Positions 34,130 through 43,719 of a DNA stretch of 53,982 nt are shown here, in pieces. The stretch is from Methylococcaceae bacterium (GTDB lineage: Bacteria > Pseudomonadota > Gammaproteobacteria > Methylococcales > Methylococcaceae): contig JBKCCF010000068.1 of NCBI GenBank assembly GCA_046305255.1, forward strand, positions 1-53,982. The letters run 5' to 3'. The notes under the pieces were generated by a model, which was not told the origin of the DNA, did not search any database, and saw only the letters and a program-made list of their open reading frames with translations. Position 1 is the first letter of the stretch. Each line of letters starts with the position of its first letter. The position numbers and the translations under genes were made by a program.

Positions 34130-35313
34130 GTCGCTTTTATCCTAGGTTTGGCACTGACCGCCTCAATCGCCTCGCTACGCACTCTGAACAGGATCGCCAG
34201 CGCAGCGCACATCACCATCATACTGCCGCCACCATAGCTCATTAGCGGCAAGGTCAATCCCTTGGTAGGCAGCATGCCCATGTTGACGCCCATATTGACG
34301 AAAGCCTGCAACCCGAACCAGGTACCAATACCATAGGCCAGAAATGCAGAGAATCGTGTACCCGACTCCTCCGCCAGGCGTCCGATCACAAAGGCACGCC
34401 AGACGATAACCATGAACAGCAGTATGACCGTCGTGGTTCCCATCAAGCCGAGTTCTTCTCCAATCACAGAAAACAGGAAATCAGTATGGGCTTCAGGCAA
34501 ATAGAACATTTTCTGGATACTCGACCCGAGGCCAACGCCACCCCACTCGCCGCGACCAAAGGCAATCAATGCCTGAGTCAACTGGAAGTCGCTATTCAGT
34601 GGGTCATCCCATGGATCCAGAAAACTCAGCACACGCCGCAAGCGGTAGGGTGCCAGGTAAATGAGTAGCCCACCCGCCCCGATGGCAATACCAAGAAGAC
34701 TGCCGAATTGCCATAGCCCCGCCCCGGCCATGAATAACATCCCCATTGCCGTCGCCATGATGACGGCGGTGGCGCCAAAATCCGGCTCCAGCAAGAGCAG
34801 ACCCGCCGCCACGCCCAACAGCACAAAGGGTCTGAACATGCCCAAGCTTGAGTACCTCACAATCTGAATGTGCCGATCAATGAAACTGGCGACATAGATG
34901 ACCGAAATCAGCTTGAACACCTCGGATACCTGAATGCGGACCCCCAGCAGGTTAATCCAGCGTGAACTGCCGTTCACCACTTTGCCAATGCCGGGAATCA
35001 GCACCAAAACCAGCAATAACAGCCCCACAAAATACAGGGCCATTGACCCGCTGCGCCAGTTTTCCAGCTTGACCGATGCCGTAACTCCCCCAACGATCAG
35101 TCCCAGGGCAATATGGACCAATTGATGACGAGGAAAATAAAAACTGTCACTGGCCAACTTGTCGCCCAGATGGAGTGAGGCCGAGGCCACCATGACATAG
35201 CCGAACAGCAGTAGGGCCAGACAGGCAAGAAACAGAATGGTGTCGAGATAGAATCGGTGCCCGCGCCACTGGAGAACCAAGCCACGGTTACGCGGAATCG
35301 TCCTGGCATTCAT
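34114..35313 (-). CDS. ftsW: Peptidoglycan glycosyltransferase / lipid II flippase FtsW
   Basis: 399 aa polytopic SEDS protein (..LPEAHTDFLFSVIGEELG.., LPTKGLTLPLMSYGGGS). Confidence 0.92.
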   Translation of the reverse strand: MNARTIPRNRGLVLQWRGHRFYLDTILFLACLALLLFGYVMVASASLHLGDKLASDSFYFPRHQLVHIALGLIVGGVTASVKLENWRSGSMALYFVGLLLLVLVLIPGIGKVVNGSSRWINLLGVRIQVSEVFKLISVIYVASFIDRHIQIVRYSSLGMFRPFVLLGVAAGLLLLEPDFGATAVIMATAMGMLFMAGAGLWQFGSLLGIAIGAGGLLIYLAPYRLRRVLSFLDPWDDPLNSDFQLTQALIAFGRGEWGGVGLGSSIQKMFYLPEAHTDFLFSVIGEELGLMGTTTVILLFMVIVWRAFVIGRLAEESGTRFSAFLAYGIGTWFGLQAFVNMGVNMGMLPTKGLTLPLMSYGGGSMMVMCAALAILFRVRSEAIEAVSAKPRIKATWASV

Positions 35314-36695
35314 AGAGGGAGACTCCTGACAGCCTCTGCGAACATGCGGCCACGCTCCTGATAATCCTTGTATTGATCCAGACTGGCACAGGCAGGGGCC
35401 AGCAGCACCGTATCGCCGGGTGCGGCCCGTTTTTGGGCAGCCTCTACGGCCTGCCGCATGGTATTGACACGGGTGACCGGCACCAAATCACCCAGTGCTT
35501 TTTCCAGCAGACCCGCATCGCGGCCCATCAGAACGGCTGCCTTGACCTTACCTTCCACCACCGGCCTTAGAACAGTGAAGTCCGCACCCTTGCCATCACC
35601 GCCAGCAATCAGCACCACCGGGCCATTCATGCCAGCCAAGGCGGCCATGCAGGCGCCAACATTGGTTGCCTTGGAGTCATTGATCCACGTTACGCCATGC
35701 AGTTCGGCCACCCATTGACTTCGATGATCGAGCCCGCTGAACTGCCGCAGAGCAGCAACCATGTCTACACGAGGTAAACCTACAGCATCGCCTAGCGCCA
35801 GCGCAGCCAGTGCGTTAGCCAGATTGTGACGCCCCTGCAGGCGCAGTTCACCAGCCCTGATAACAGCCTCCCCCCGACATACCAGCCACTCCTCGCCGTT
35901 CACCCGATCAATGGCGTAATCGGCACTAGTATCTGCCAGACTGAACCACAGATGTTGGCGCCCCGGCACACTCATGGCGACCACCATGGGATCGTCGCGA
36001 TTCAGCAACATCAGCCCATCCCCGTGGAAGATTCGGGCTTTGGCATCGGCATACGCCTGAATATCGGTATAGCGGTCAAGGTGATCCGGCGAAATATTCA
36101 GTACAGTCGCAGCGATTGGCTCCAATACATGCGAACAGTCCAACTGAAAGCTGGACAACTCCAGCACATACAGATCCGCCGAACCATCGAGCAGATCCAG
36201 CATCGGCGTTCCGAGATTCCCACCCACACGTACCTGCCGACCGGCATTTTGTGCCATCAGGCCAACCAGGGTTGTCACGGTGCTTTTACCATTGGAACCG
36301 GTAATGGCGATGACCGGAGCCCTCGCACTGCAGGCAAAGAGATCAAGATCACCCAATACCGGAACGCCATGATGAATAGCTTCAGCGATGAGCGGTTCAT
36401 CAAGGGAAACACCTGGGCTGACAATCAGGTGAGTCGCAGCAGCAAAGGCAGAGGCCTCAAAGCCATTGATGAACACTGCGGCATCAGGGAATGCCTCACT
36501 GAAGGCCTTTAGTGACGGTGGTTCCTTGCGGGTATCGGTTATGGCAAAGCGTATGCCATGGCGGGCAAGGAAATGGGCAATGGAATAGCCAGTTTTCCCG
36601 AGCCCGACAATCAGCACCGCCGACGCGGCCGTAATACCCAACCGCTGCAACGCGTCAGGGGTTACTTCACCCGCAGGGGAATCCGCAACGGCCAT
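35310..36695 (-). CDS. murD: UDP-N-acetylmuramoylalanine--D-glutamate ligase
   Basis: 461 aa. Contains IVGLGKTGYS and ITGSNGKSTV. Confidence 0.93.
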   Translation of the reverse strand: MAVADSPAGEVTPDALQRLGITAASAVLIVGLGKTGYSIAHFLARHGIRFAITDTRKEPPSLKAFSEAFPDAAVFINGFEASAFAAATHLIVSPGVSLDEPLIAEAIHHGVPVLGDLDLFACSARAPVIAITGSNGKSTVTTLVGLMAQNAGRQVRVGGNLGTPMLDLLDGSADLYVLELSSFQLDCSHVLEPIAATVLNISPDHLDRYTDIQAYADAKARIFHGDGLMLLNRDDPMVVAMSVPGRQHLWFSLADTSADYAIDRVNGEEWLVCRGEAVIRAGELRLQGRHNLANALAALALGDAVGLPRVDMVAALRQFSGLDHRSQWVAELHGVTWINDSKATNVGACMAALAGMNGPVVLIAGGDGKGADFTVLRPVVEGKVKAAVLMGRDAGLLEKALGDLVPVTRVNTMRQAVEAAQKRAAPGDTVLLAPACASLDQYKDYQERGRMFAEAVRSLPL

Positions 36696-36698
36696 GAG

Positions 36699-37781
36699 TT
36701 ATCTCAGCTTCAGGGTAGCAAGCCCAATCAGCACCAGTATCACGGAGATAATCCAGAAGCGGACGATCACACGGGGTTCTGGCCAGCCTTTCAGCTCGAA
36801 ATGGTGGTGGATCGGCGCCATACGAAAGACACGTTTGCCGGTCAACTTGAAAGACAGTACCTGAATCATGACCGAAAGAGTTTCAATCACAAACACACCG
36901 CCCATGATCATCAGAACAATTTCCTGACGCACCAGTACAGCCACGATGCCGAGAGCCGCACCCAGCGCCAAGGCGCCCACATCACCCATGAAAACCATGG
37001 CGGGATAGGCATTAAACCAAAGGAAGCCGAGGCCGGCGCCGACTAACGCGCTGCAGAACACCACAAGTTCACCCGCCAACGGAACATGGGGTATGCCGAG
37101 GTAGTCGGCAAATACGGCATTACCGGAGACGTAAGCAAAAACGGCCAGGCCACCTGATACCAGCACAGTCGGCATAATCGCCAGACCGTCCAGACCATCC
37201 GTCAGGTTGACTGCGTTACTGGTGCCCACAACCACGAAGTATGTAAGCACCGGGTAGGCCAGCCCCATACTCCAGGCAAACTGTTTGAAAAACGGAATGA
37301 TGAAAGTGGTTTCAGCCGGGGCTGTAGCAGTGGTGTAGAGAAAAGTCGCGGCAGCAATGCCAAAAATGGACTGCCACAGGTATTTGTGACGGGCAGCCAG
37401 CCCCTTGCTATTTTTAAGCACCAATTTCTTGTAATCATCGACAAAACCAATCATACCGAAGCCCAGCGTCACCAGGAGGGTGACCCAGACATACCGATTG
37501 CCAAGATCCGACCAGAGCAGTGTGCTGAGGGCAACGGCAACCAGAATGAGCGTACCCCCCATGGTTGGGGTTCCCGCCTTGGAGAAGTGACTTTTGGGGC
37601 CGTCATCCCTGACACTCTGGCCGATCTTGTATTCGCTGAGTTGCCGAATCATGGGCGGACCAACGATGAAAGATATCACCAGAGCGGTAAGCGTACCGAG
37701 GATGCCTCGAAACGTTAGATAATGAAAAACCCGGAAACCATCAAAATACTGCGTCAACCAATCAGCCAGTGTTAATAACAT
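36699..37781 (-). CDS. mraY: Phospho-N-acetylmuramoyl-pentapeptide transferase
   Basis: 360 aa. Contains MLLTLADWL.., [13 protein letters not shown] and the C-terminal [13 protein letters not shown]. Confidence 0.95.
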   Translation of the reverse strand: MLLTLADWLTQYFDGFRVFHYLTFRGILGTLTALVISFIVGPPMIRQLSEYKIGQSVRDDGPKSHFSKAGTPTMGGTLILVAVALSTLLWSDLGNRYVWVTLLVTLGFGMIGFVDDYKKLVLKNSKGLAARHKYLWQSIFGIAAATFLYTTATAPAETTFIIPFFKQFAWSMGLAYPVLTYFVVVGTSNAVNLTDGLDGLAIMPTVLVSGGLAVFAYVSGNAVFADYLGIPHVPLAGELVVFCSALVGAGLGFLWFNAYPAMVFMGDVGALALGAALGIVAVLVRQEIVLMIMGGVFVIETLSVMIQVLSFKLTGKRVFRMAPIHHHFELKGWPEPRVIVRFWIISVILVLIGLATLKLR

Positions 37782-37948
37782 GAGATCCCCTGTTGGCGGA
37801 GGGTTGTCTCAGCCTTTGCTTGACTGAACCCTCTCTCTGTATATGTGTAATAAAGCTGGCCGGATCCGCGGAAAGACCCGCAATTAAACCGGCACCACCC
37901 CCCTTTGCCGGGTTTTCAGCGGGGGCTAACGATGACTTCATGGCGCGT

Positions 37949-39478
37949 TTATCGACCATAAAGACGCTCTAGCGTCTCAACCGCTACCGCTCGATCGCTA
38001 AAGGGGTATTTGTGGCCCAAAATCTCCTGGGTTGTCTCGTGCCCCTTGCCTGCAATCAGCACAATATCGTCGGGCCTGGCCTGGGCCAGCGCGTAGTCAA
38101 TGGCGGCCCGTCGATCTCGGATCACAGTGACATCAGTCGCGGATATTCCCTCCCTGATCAGTGCAATTATATCGTTACCGTCCTCATTACGGGGGTTGTC
38201 ATCGGTCAGGACGATAAGGTCGGCATATTGATCGGCGATAGCACCCATCTGTTGTCGCTTACCCTTGTCTCGGTCGCCACCACAGCCGAATACGACGCAG
38301 AGGCGCCCTATGCAATGTCGGGCCAGGCTCTTAAGCACACTCGCAAGTGCCTCCGGGGTATGAGCATAGTCGATAATGGCATTGCGCCCGCCAAAACCAA
38401 TATTCTCCATCCGCCCCGGTACGGCAGATACCCGACTGACTGCCGCCGCCGCCTCTGCCAGCGTTCGGCCAAGAGCCATCAGGACTGCGGCTGTCGCAAC
38501 GAGATTTTCAACGTTGAAATCACCGAACACCGGCGCCTCGACCCAGGCAGTCTGCTGACCATGGCTGAGTTCAAAACGCAACCCTGTTGTGATATGACTG
38601 ACTTCAGCCGCAGAAACCAATGGAAAGTCAGCGGCAACCGCGCGCGCTCCCACACTAAATCCGATGAGAGAAACCGAACTCCCCACCCGGTTTAAGACCG
38701 CATCGCCTATCGGGTCATCCGCATTGAATACGACGAACTCAAGATCTGGCCAGTCCAGCAGGTGTAATTTGGCGTCAAGATAGGCCGCCATGGTGCCGTG
38801 ATAATCGAGGTGATCACGGGAAAAGTTGGTGTAGAGCGCTCCCTTGAAACGGACACCATTGAGTCGCCCCTGCACCAATCCATGGGACGAGGCCTCCATT
38901 GCCAGACATTGATACCCCTCTTCACGTAATTGACTAAGGATCCTCTGATTTTCAATGGCATCTGGCGTGGTATGCGTTGTCGCCTCAAGTTGACCCGGGC
39001 TACCCCAGCCTAATGTTCCTATGACTGCGGCTTTACATTCAGTCCCCAACGCAGTCGCCAAAAAGTGGCTGCACGAGGTTTTACCATTGGTGCCGGTGAT
39101 ACCAACGACGTCAAGATCATGGGAAGGTTCGGCAAAGAATCGAGCGGCCATGCCGCCCAACTTTTGAGGCAGATCAGGGACCGCGAGACAGGGAATCGTG
39201 GCACACTCGGGCACTGATAAATCGGCACCTTGGGGATCATAAATGACCGCCACACATTGGTTGTTGATGGCCTCGGAGAGATGAGACAGGCCGTGGCTAT
39301 GCACGCCGTTGAGGGCGACGAACAAGTCGCCCGGCCGCACCTTGCGGCTATCATGCTGCAGACCCCGGATGCGAATAGCCGCATGGCTCTCCGTTAGGTC
39401 GGCCAGATCATCGGTGATACCCAAGAGAATCTCGCTCAGGGCAAGGTTTCTGGGGGATTCCAACGGCTGATTGATCAC
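37949..39478 (-). CDS. murE: UDP-N-acetylmuramoyl-L-alanyl-D-glutamate--2,6-diaminopimelate ligase
   Basis: 509 aa. Contains ITGTNGKTS and the MurE-specific block VFGCGGDRDKGKRQQMGAIADQYADLIVLTDDNPRNED (DNPR motif). It is not MurF; there is no GDMxELG-type region. Confidence 0.93.
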   Translation of the reverse strand: MINQPLESPRNLALSEILLGITDDLADLTESHAAIRIRGLQHDSRKVRPGDLFVALNGVHSHGLSHLSEAINNQCVAVIYDPQGADLSVPECATIPCLAVPDLPQKLGGMAARFFAEPSHDLDVVGITGTNGKTSCSHFLATALGTECKAAVIGTLGWGSPGQLEATTHTTPDAIENQRILSQLREEGYQCLAMEASSHGLVQGRLNGVRFKGALYTNFSRDHLDYHGTMAAYLDAKLHLLDWPDLEFVVFNADDPIGDAVLNRVGSSVSLIGFSVGARAVAADFPLVSAAEVSHITTGLRFELSHGQQTAWVEAPVFGDFNVENLVATAAVLMALGRTLAEAAAAVSRVSAVPGRMENIGFGGRNAIIDYAHTPEALASVLKSLARHCIGRLCVVFGCGGDRDKGKRQQMGAIADQYADLIVLTDDNPRNEDGNDIIALIREGISATDVTVIRDRRAAIDYALAQARPDDIVLIAGKGHETTQEILGHKYPFSDRAVAVETLERLYGR

Positions 39479-41220
39479 GCGGGATCGTCTTGGCGGGCCG
39501 CCATGATCGGCGTCACCGGATCATCAGGCGCGATATTGAGCAGCCTGAGTGCCTCACCCATCACCTTAGAGAATACCGGCGCTGCAACAACCCCTCCGTA
39601 ATAGTCACCTGCGGAGGGTTCATCAATCATGACTACCATCACAAGTCGGGGGTTGCTGGCCGGCGCCATACCGGCAAATACGGCGTTATATAGGTTTGCG
39701 GAGTAACCATGTGCGCCAATCTTTTTGACAGTGCCAGTCTTGCCCGCCACCCGATATCCTGGCACCGCTGCCTGTATGGCAGTGCCCTCCTTGCTCACTA
39801 CTGTCTCCAGCATGGTTCTGACCGCTACGGCAGTCTTAGCCGACATGATTCGGTGAGATTGGGGGGGCTCATCCTGCTTGACCAGGCTGACCATCGGGAT
39901 GACTCCATCGTTGGCGAGTGCGCCATAGGCGCGCGACAGTTGCAAGGTCGATGCCGCAACACCATAACCAAACGACAGCGTGGCCTGCTCGAAGGCATTC
40001 CAACCGTGGTAGTCCGACAAGCGGCCACGCGCCTCACCCGGATAACCTGTCTCCAGGGGTTGGCCAAAACCGAGATTGTTATAGAAGGCCCAGAACTTCC
40101 GGGGGGGTACGCTCAATGCTATTTTGGTAACCCCAACATTGCTGGACTTCTGCAGAATTTTGGTCACATCCATGCTGCCATAGCTGTGGACATCCTTCAC
40201 CACGTTGCTACCGACATGCATCATTCCGCCGTTGGTATTAAACACAGCGTGAGGATGGGTAAGCCCCAATTCCAGAGCACAGGCAACCGCGAAGGGCTTC
40301 ATGGTGGAGCCGGGCTCGTAGAGATCGGTAATGGCCCGGTTTCGGGAAACTTCTGCATGCGTCTTGCTGCGGTTATTGGGATTAAAAGCGGGCTGATTGG
40401 CCATGGCCAGCACTTCACCTGTCTGGGCGTCCAGCATGGCCAGCGTTCCGGAACGGGCCTTGTGGCGAGTCACGGCGTCCTTGAGTTCACGGTTAGCGAT
40501 GTACTGCAGCCGCTCATCAATGCTCAGCGTGAGGTCCTTGCCCGGGACTGGCTGGCGAATATCTTCCATCTTTTCGATGATCCGACGCTTGCCGTCCCTC
40601 ACCGCCCTCCGCGCACCGTCTATACCCCTCAAGGAACTATCAAAGGCTAGCTCCATGCCCTCCTGCCCCTTGTCATTCACGTCGGTTAACCCGAGCAGAT
40701 GAGCGGTCACCTCCCCGGTCGGATAGTAGCGCCGGTATTCACGCTCGGCGTACACACCCGGCAAGCCGAGCCCCAGAACCAAATCTGCCTGCTCCGGAGC
40801 CATGCGACGCTTGATATAGGAGAAGGCTCGTCTTTCATCATGACCAATCCGATCCATCACCTCATCAACAGCCAGCCCGAGGTGACCTGCGAATGCTTTC
40901 AACTTGTCTTGAGGTACGCTCGACTTGAGAAACTCCTTGGGGTTTACCCAAATGGATTTGACCGGTGTGCTCACCGCAAGAAGTTCACCATTTCTGTCAG
41001 TAATCCGCCCACGGTAGGCTGTCACCGGCATGATACCCACATGACGCAGATCGCCCTGATGCTTCAGAAACTGCCTATCCATTACCTGCAAATCGACAGC
41101 CCGACCTATGAGAATAGTCAGGGAGGCCAGCAGTGTGCCGAGCAAGACGCGCCAACGCATGCCGTAGTCCTGTTCTGTCTTTTTCGGTCGGATCATCAGC
41201 ATGGCGAATTTCCCATTCAA
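39475..41220 (-). CDS. ftsI: Peptidoglycan D,D-transpeptidase FtsI (PBP3)
   Basis: 581 aa. It has an N-terminal TM and the transpeptidase motifs STMK, SSN and KTGT. Confidence 0.93.
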   Translation of the reverse strand: MNGKFAMLMIRPKKTEQDYGMRWRVLLGTLLASLTILIGRAVDLQVMDRQFLKHQGDLRHVGIMPVTAYRGRITDRNGELLAVSTPVKSIWVNPKEFLKSSVPQDKLKAFAGHLGLAVDEVMDRIGHDERRAFSYIKRRMAPEQADLVLGLGLPGVYAEREYRRYYPTGEVTAHLLGLTDVNDKGQEGMELAFDSSLRGIDGARRAVRDGKRRIIEKMEDIRQPVPGKDLTLSIDERLQYIANRELKDAVTRHKARSGTLAMLDAQTGEVLAMANQPAFNPNNRSKTHAEVSRNRAITDLYEPGSTMKPFAVACALELGLTHPHAVFNTNGGMMHVGSNVVKDVHSYGSMDVTKILQKSSNVGVTKIALSVPPRKFWAFYNNLGFGQPLETGYPGEARGRLSDYHGWNAFEQATLSFGYGVAASTLQLSRAYGALANDGVIPMVSLVKQDEPPQSHRIMSAKTAVAVRTMLETVVSKEGTAIQAAVPGYRVAGKTGTVKKIGAHGYSANLYNAVFAGMAPASNPRLVMVVMIDEPSAGDYYGGVVAAPVFSKVMGEALRLLNIAPDDPVTPIMAARQDDPA

Positions 41221-41474
41221 GGTTTGATCGAAATAACGAATTCTCTGGCTGGAAACGCCATGCCCAAGCTATCTCTGGCCGCCCGTTCAATGCGACTGCG
41301 CTCAGACCACGTGTTTTGCTCCAGTTGCAACTGGGCTAATTCTTCTTCATAGACGTCAATCACTTGTTGTTCGCGCTGAAATTCAGCAAATAGCATGCGG
41401 GTACGGTGCTTCATGTAAACCACACCCAACGCGGAGGCCACTGCTACCAGGATCAACAGCAACAACACCCTCAC
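41217..41474 (-). CDS. ftsL: Cell division protein FtsL
   Basis: 85 aa. It has a TM followed by a coiled coil (..EELAQLQLEQNTWSERSRIERAARDSLGM). GTG start. Overlaps the rsmH stop and the ftsI start. Confidence 0.88.
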   Translation of the reverse strand: MRVLLLLILVAVASALGVVYMKHRTRMLFAEFQREQQVIDVYEEELAQLQLEQNTWSERSRIERAARDSLGMAFPAREFVISIKP

Positions 41475-42418
41475 GTCGAAACCCTTTCTGCAACACGCAA
41501 CACGGCGCTGCGGGCTCTGGGGTTGAGTCGAATCTCTTCCAGCCCCGGCTTGATGGCCTTGCCTAGCCTCTTCATACGCCCCACTGGCCGTCCCTGTACA
41601 AGGTGTATCAACTCCGCAGAACTCCCCCCGCGCTCCTCATCACGCATGAAGCGCTTCACGATTCGGTCTTCCAGTGAATGAAACGAAATCACCGCCAGCC
41701 GTCCGCCGGGTTTCAACACATCAAGTGTCTGTCTCAATACGGCCTCAAGTTCGGCAAGCTCGCGGTTGATGACTATTCTTATGGCCTGGAAACTGCGGGT
41801 CGCGGGGTGCTTGCCCTTCTCGCGGGCCGGCACGGCCGCTTCGATGATACTGACCAAATCAGCTGTGGTGACAATAGGTCGATCCTTGCGACGCTGGATA
41901 ATGGCACGCGCAATGCTTCGGGCGAACCGTTCCTCACCATATGAGCGTAGGGCGAGTGCCAACTCGGTCTCCGGTACTTGAGCCAACCATTCGGCGGCCG
42001 TTTCGCCATCGGCGGTATTCATGCGCATATCCAATGGGCCGTCACGCATAAAACTAAAACCCCTCTCCGCCACATCAAGTTGTGGCGAGGAGACACCGAG
42101 ATCCAGCAACACACCGCCCACTCTGCCCATCCACCCGAGCAACTCAACCTGCGCCTTGAGGTCGGCAAAACTTGTGTGTTGCAAATTGATGCGCAGGTCT
42201 CTGGACAATCCGCTGTCGTCTGCGAAGGCAATGGCAGCCGGATCCTTGTCCATGGCCAGCAATCTGCCCTCCGGACCCAAAGCCTGAAGGATCCTGCGAC
42301 TGTGCCCTCCGCGACCGAAGGTACCGTCGACTAAAAGGGCGTTCGATTCAATGCCGAGAGACGCCACCGCCTCGTCAAGCAGGACAGTTGCGTGAGTAAA
42401 CGGCGCAGCATTACTCAC
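41471..42418 (-). CDS. rsmH: 16S rRNA (cytosine1402-N4)-methyltransferase
   Basis: 315 aa. Contains HATVLLDEAV..DGTFGRGGHS..DLGVSSPQLD..RGFSF. Confidence 0.94.
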   Translation of the reverse strand: MSNAAPFTHATVLLDEAVASLGIESNALLVDGTFGRGGHSRRILQALGPEGRLLAMDKDPAAIAFADDSGLSRDLRINLQHTSFADLKAQVELLGWMGRVGGVLLDLGVSSPQLDVAERGFSFMRDGPLDMRMNTADGETAAEWLAQVPETELALALRSYGEERFARSIARAIIQRRKDRPIVTTADLVSIIEAAVPAREKGKHPATRSFQAIRIVINRELAELEAVLRQTLDVLKPGGRLAVISFHSLEDRIVKRFMRDEERGGSSAELIHLVQGRPVGRMKRLGKAIKPGLEEIRLNPRARSAVLRVAERVST

Positions 42419-42870
42419 AGCGACAGCATGCCAAGTTCTGGCGGCAACTCAGCGTCGTCCGACTGTTCCTCATCTATCCACTCATCCCTGGCTTTAGTCC
42501 AGCTGTCCTCATCCCATACTTCGAATTTGTTGCCCTGCCCGATCAAGACAATCCGCTTGTCCAGGCCGGCAAAACGCCTCAGTGGTTCGGGTATCAGGAA
42601 CCGGCCCTGACCATCCATCTCGCATTCGGTGGCATGACCAATCAGCAGGCGCTGTAGACGCTTGGCCTTCTTATTCAGTGCGGGTAACTTGACCAGTTTG
42701 CGTTCGATCTCTTCAAACTCGGGGAGGGGATACACTAGCAGGCACTTATCAAGTCCGACAGTGATCACAATCTGGTTATCACAACAATCGCCCAACTCGG
42801 CGCGGTAACGGGTAGGCACCGCCATGCGACCTTTGTCGTCGAGATTGATCGCGCTGACACCACGGAACAC
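42415..42870 (-). CDS. mraZ: Division/cell wall cluster transcriptional regulator MraZ
   Basis: (V)FRGVSAINLDDKGRMAVPTRYR.. and a second SpoVT/AbrB-like repeat (..MDGQGRFLIPEPLRR). The likely start is the GTG at 42870, which matches the canonical MFRG N-terminus. The track GTG at 42882 is the alternative. Confidence 0.92.
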   Translation of the reverse strand: MFRGVSAINLDDKGRMAVPTRYRAELGDCCDNQIVITVGLDKCLLVYPLPEFEEIERKLVKLPALNKKAKRLQRLLIGHATECEMDGQGRFLIPEPLRRFAGLDKRIVLIGQGNKFEVWDEDSWTKARDEWIDEEQSDDAELPPELGMLSL

Positions 42871-42880
42871 CCTACCCCCC

Positions 42881-42930
42881 ACATCCCCATTTCACCCCAT
42901 TTCACCCCATTATGCCCCACTTGCCCCCAC
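42881..42930 (-). promoter_or_regulatory. Array of five 10-bp direct repeats with a TGGGG core; putative MraZ operator
   Basis: The minus strand reads GTGGGGGCAA GTGGGGCATA ATGGGGTGAA ATGGGGTGAA ATGGGGATGT. A sixth, degenerate G-run (GGGGGGTAGG) follows at 42871..42880. The array lies between the predicted -10 and the mraZ start. It matches the known MraZ TGGGN-N5 repeat architecture. Confidence 0.65.
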
Positions 42931-42940
42931 TTTTGAGACA

Positions 42941-42969
42941 AATATAAAAATCCTGCACACCCAAGTCAA
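42941..42969 (-). promoter_or_regulatory. Sigma70-type promoter of the mraZ/dcw operon (Pmra)
   Basis: On the minus strand, TTGACT (42969..42964), a 17-nt spacer, then TATATT (42946..42941). It sits immediately upstream of the TGGGG repeat array. Confidence 0.65.
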
Positions 42970-43388
42970 CAGATAATGCAAGTAACTGTAATGCAATGTA
43001 AGGCCAGACGCTGGCGACCACAGACGCAGTGGGACGTTTGTAAATGAAACTGCGTTGCGACTCAGCCAGATTGATGGAAGGAAGAACGGAGTAGCCGGGA
43101 CTTACATGGCTATAACAATGCCTTGAAACAGCGACGCCTGTAGAGAGCAGGAGACATACTCCGGACAGGTGGGAGCCTGCTCAGTCAACCGAAGGCAAGA
43201 CGTGGGGTTCGCCGCGCAGCGGTCTGCCGCGAGAAAAGTTTGAGGGTGATACGAGCGGGGAAATGACGCATGCAGGGCGGGCGGCCCGAGGCCGCCTACC
43301 CTGCAACCGAGATCATGAAATTATTGCCAGATACTGGAAGAGAACCCATTTCCTGACTAAAGTTACAACGGAAAGCACAGACAGGGCA

Positions 43389-43634
43389 TCAATGGTGGCC
43401 GGCGGCCGGCGGGGTTTCGCCCGGCATGACGGAGCTTTTTCCAATACCGGAATAGACAGGGCACCACTGCAGCTTGGCGGTCGCCACCAGAACGATGCCA
43501 AGTAACAAAAGCAGGATATTGCCAAGAAATACGGACACCACTAGCGAGGCTATGCCGACACCGTAGCGCAGCTTCCGCTCCTTAAGCCCCACATTAAATT
43601 CGCGCTTGAGCATGCGCGTGTAATCGAAACTCAT
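43389..43634 (-). CDS. DUF2892 (YgaP-like) small membrane protein
   Basis: MSFDYTRMLKREFNVGLKERKLRYGVGIASLVV...LQWCPVYSGIGKS. The NVG..ER..R..G motif, two TM helices and C-P-x-Y are typical of the family. The start at the ATG at 43634 is preceded by AAGGAGG; the track start at 43658 is upstream of it. Confidence 0.7.
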   Translation of the reverse strand: MSFDYTRMLKREFNVGLKERKLRYGVGIASLVVSVFLGNILLLLLGIVLVATAKLQWCPVYSGIGKSSVMPGETPPAAGHH

Positions 43635-43719
43635 CGTTGACCTCCTTATTGATGACATTGAACGGCCGATTGTGCTGACTTACCCACAGTTCCGCAAGCC
43701 AATCCAGTAAAATGAACCG

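Noticed and set aside
37762-37959. 65-aa ORF spanning the murE-mraY gap, a possible murF remnant or small protein
   Set aside because: It overlaps the murE stop and the mraY start. It is Gly/Ala/Ser-rich with no MurF-like motif, and it is far too short to be a ligase. It is most likely spurious.
39709-40650. 313-aa ORF on the plus strand
   Set aside because: It is antisense to ftsI (PBP3), whose frame carries STMK, SSN and KTGT. It is a shadow ORF.
43040-43140. Possible SRP (4.5S) or RNase P RNA upstream of mraZ
   Set aside because: GGAAGGAAG and GCCGGGAC..ACATGGC vaguely recall 4.5S RNA, and AAGTCCCGGCT on the other strand recalls RNase P CR-I. However, the highly conserved cores (CAGGUCCGGAAGGAAGCAGC; GGAAAGUCCGGGCUCC with ACAGAANCCGGCUUA) are not matched, and the required helices do not form. 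A covariance-model scan would settle it.
43263-43505. 80-aa ORF on the plus strand
   Set aside because: It is antisense to the DUF2892 gene and runs across the GC hairpin. It is Arg/Gly-rich with no start context.
43635-43719. LexA (SOS) box upstream of uvrD
   Set aside because: CTGACTTACCCACAG has CTG-N9-CAG rather than the CTG-N10-CAG of the gammaproteobacterial consensus, and its flanks are poor.
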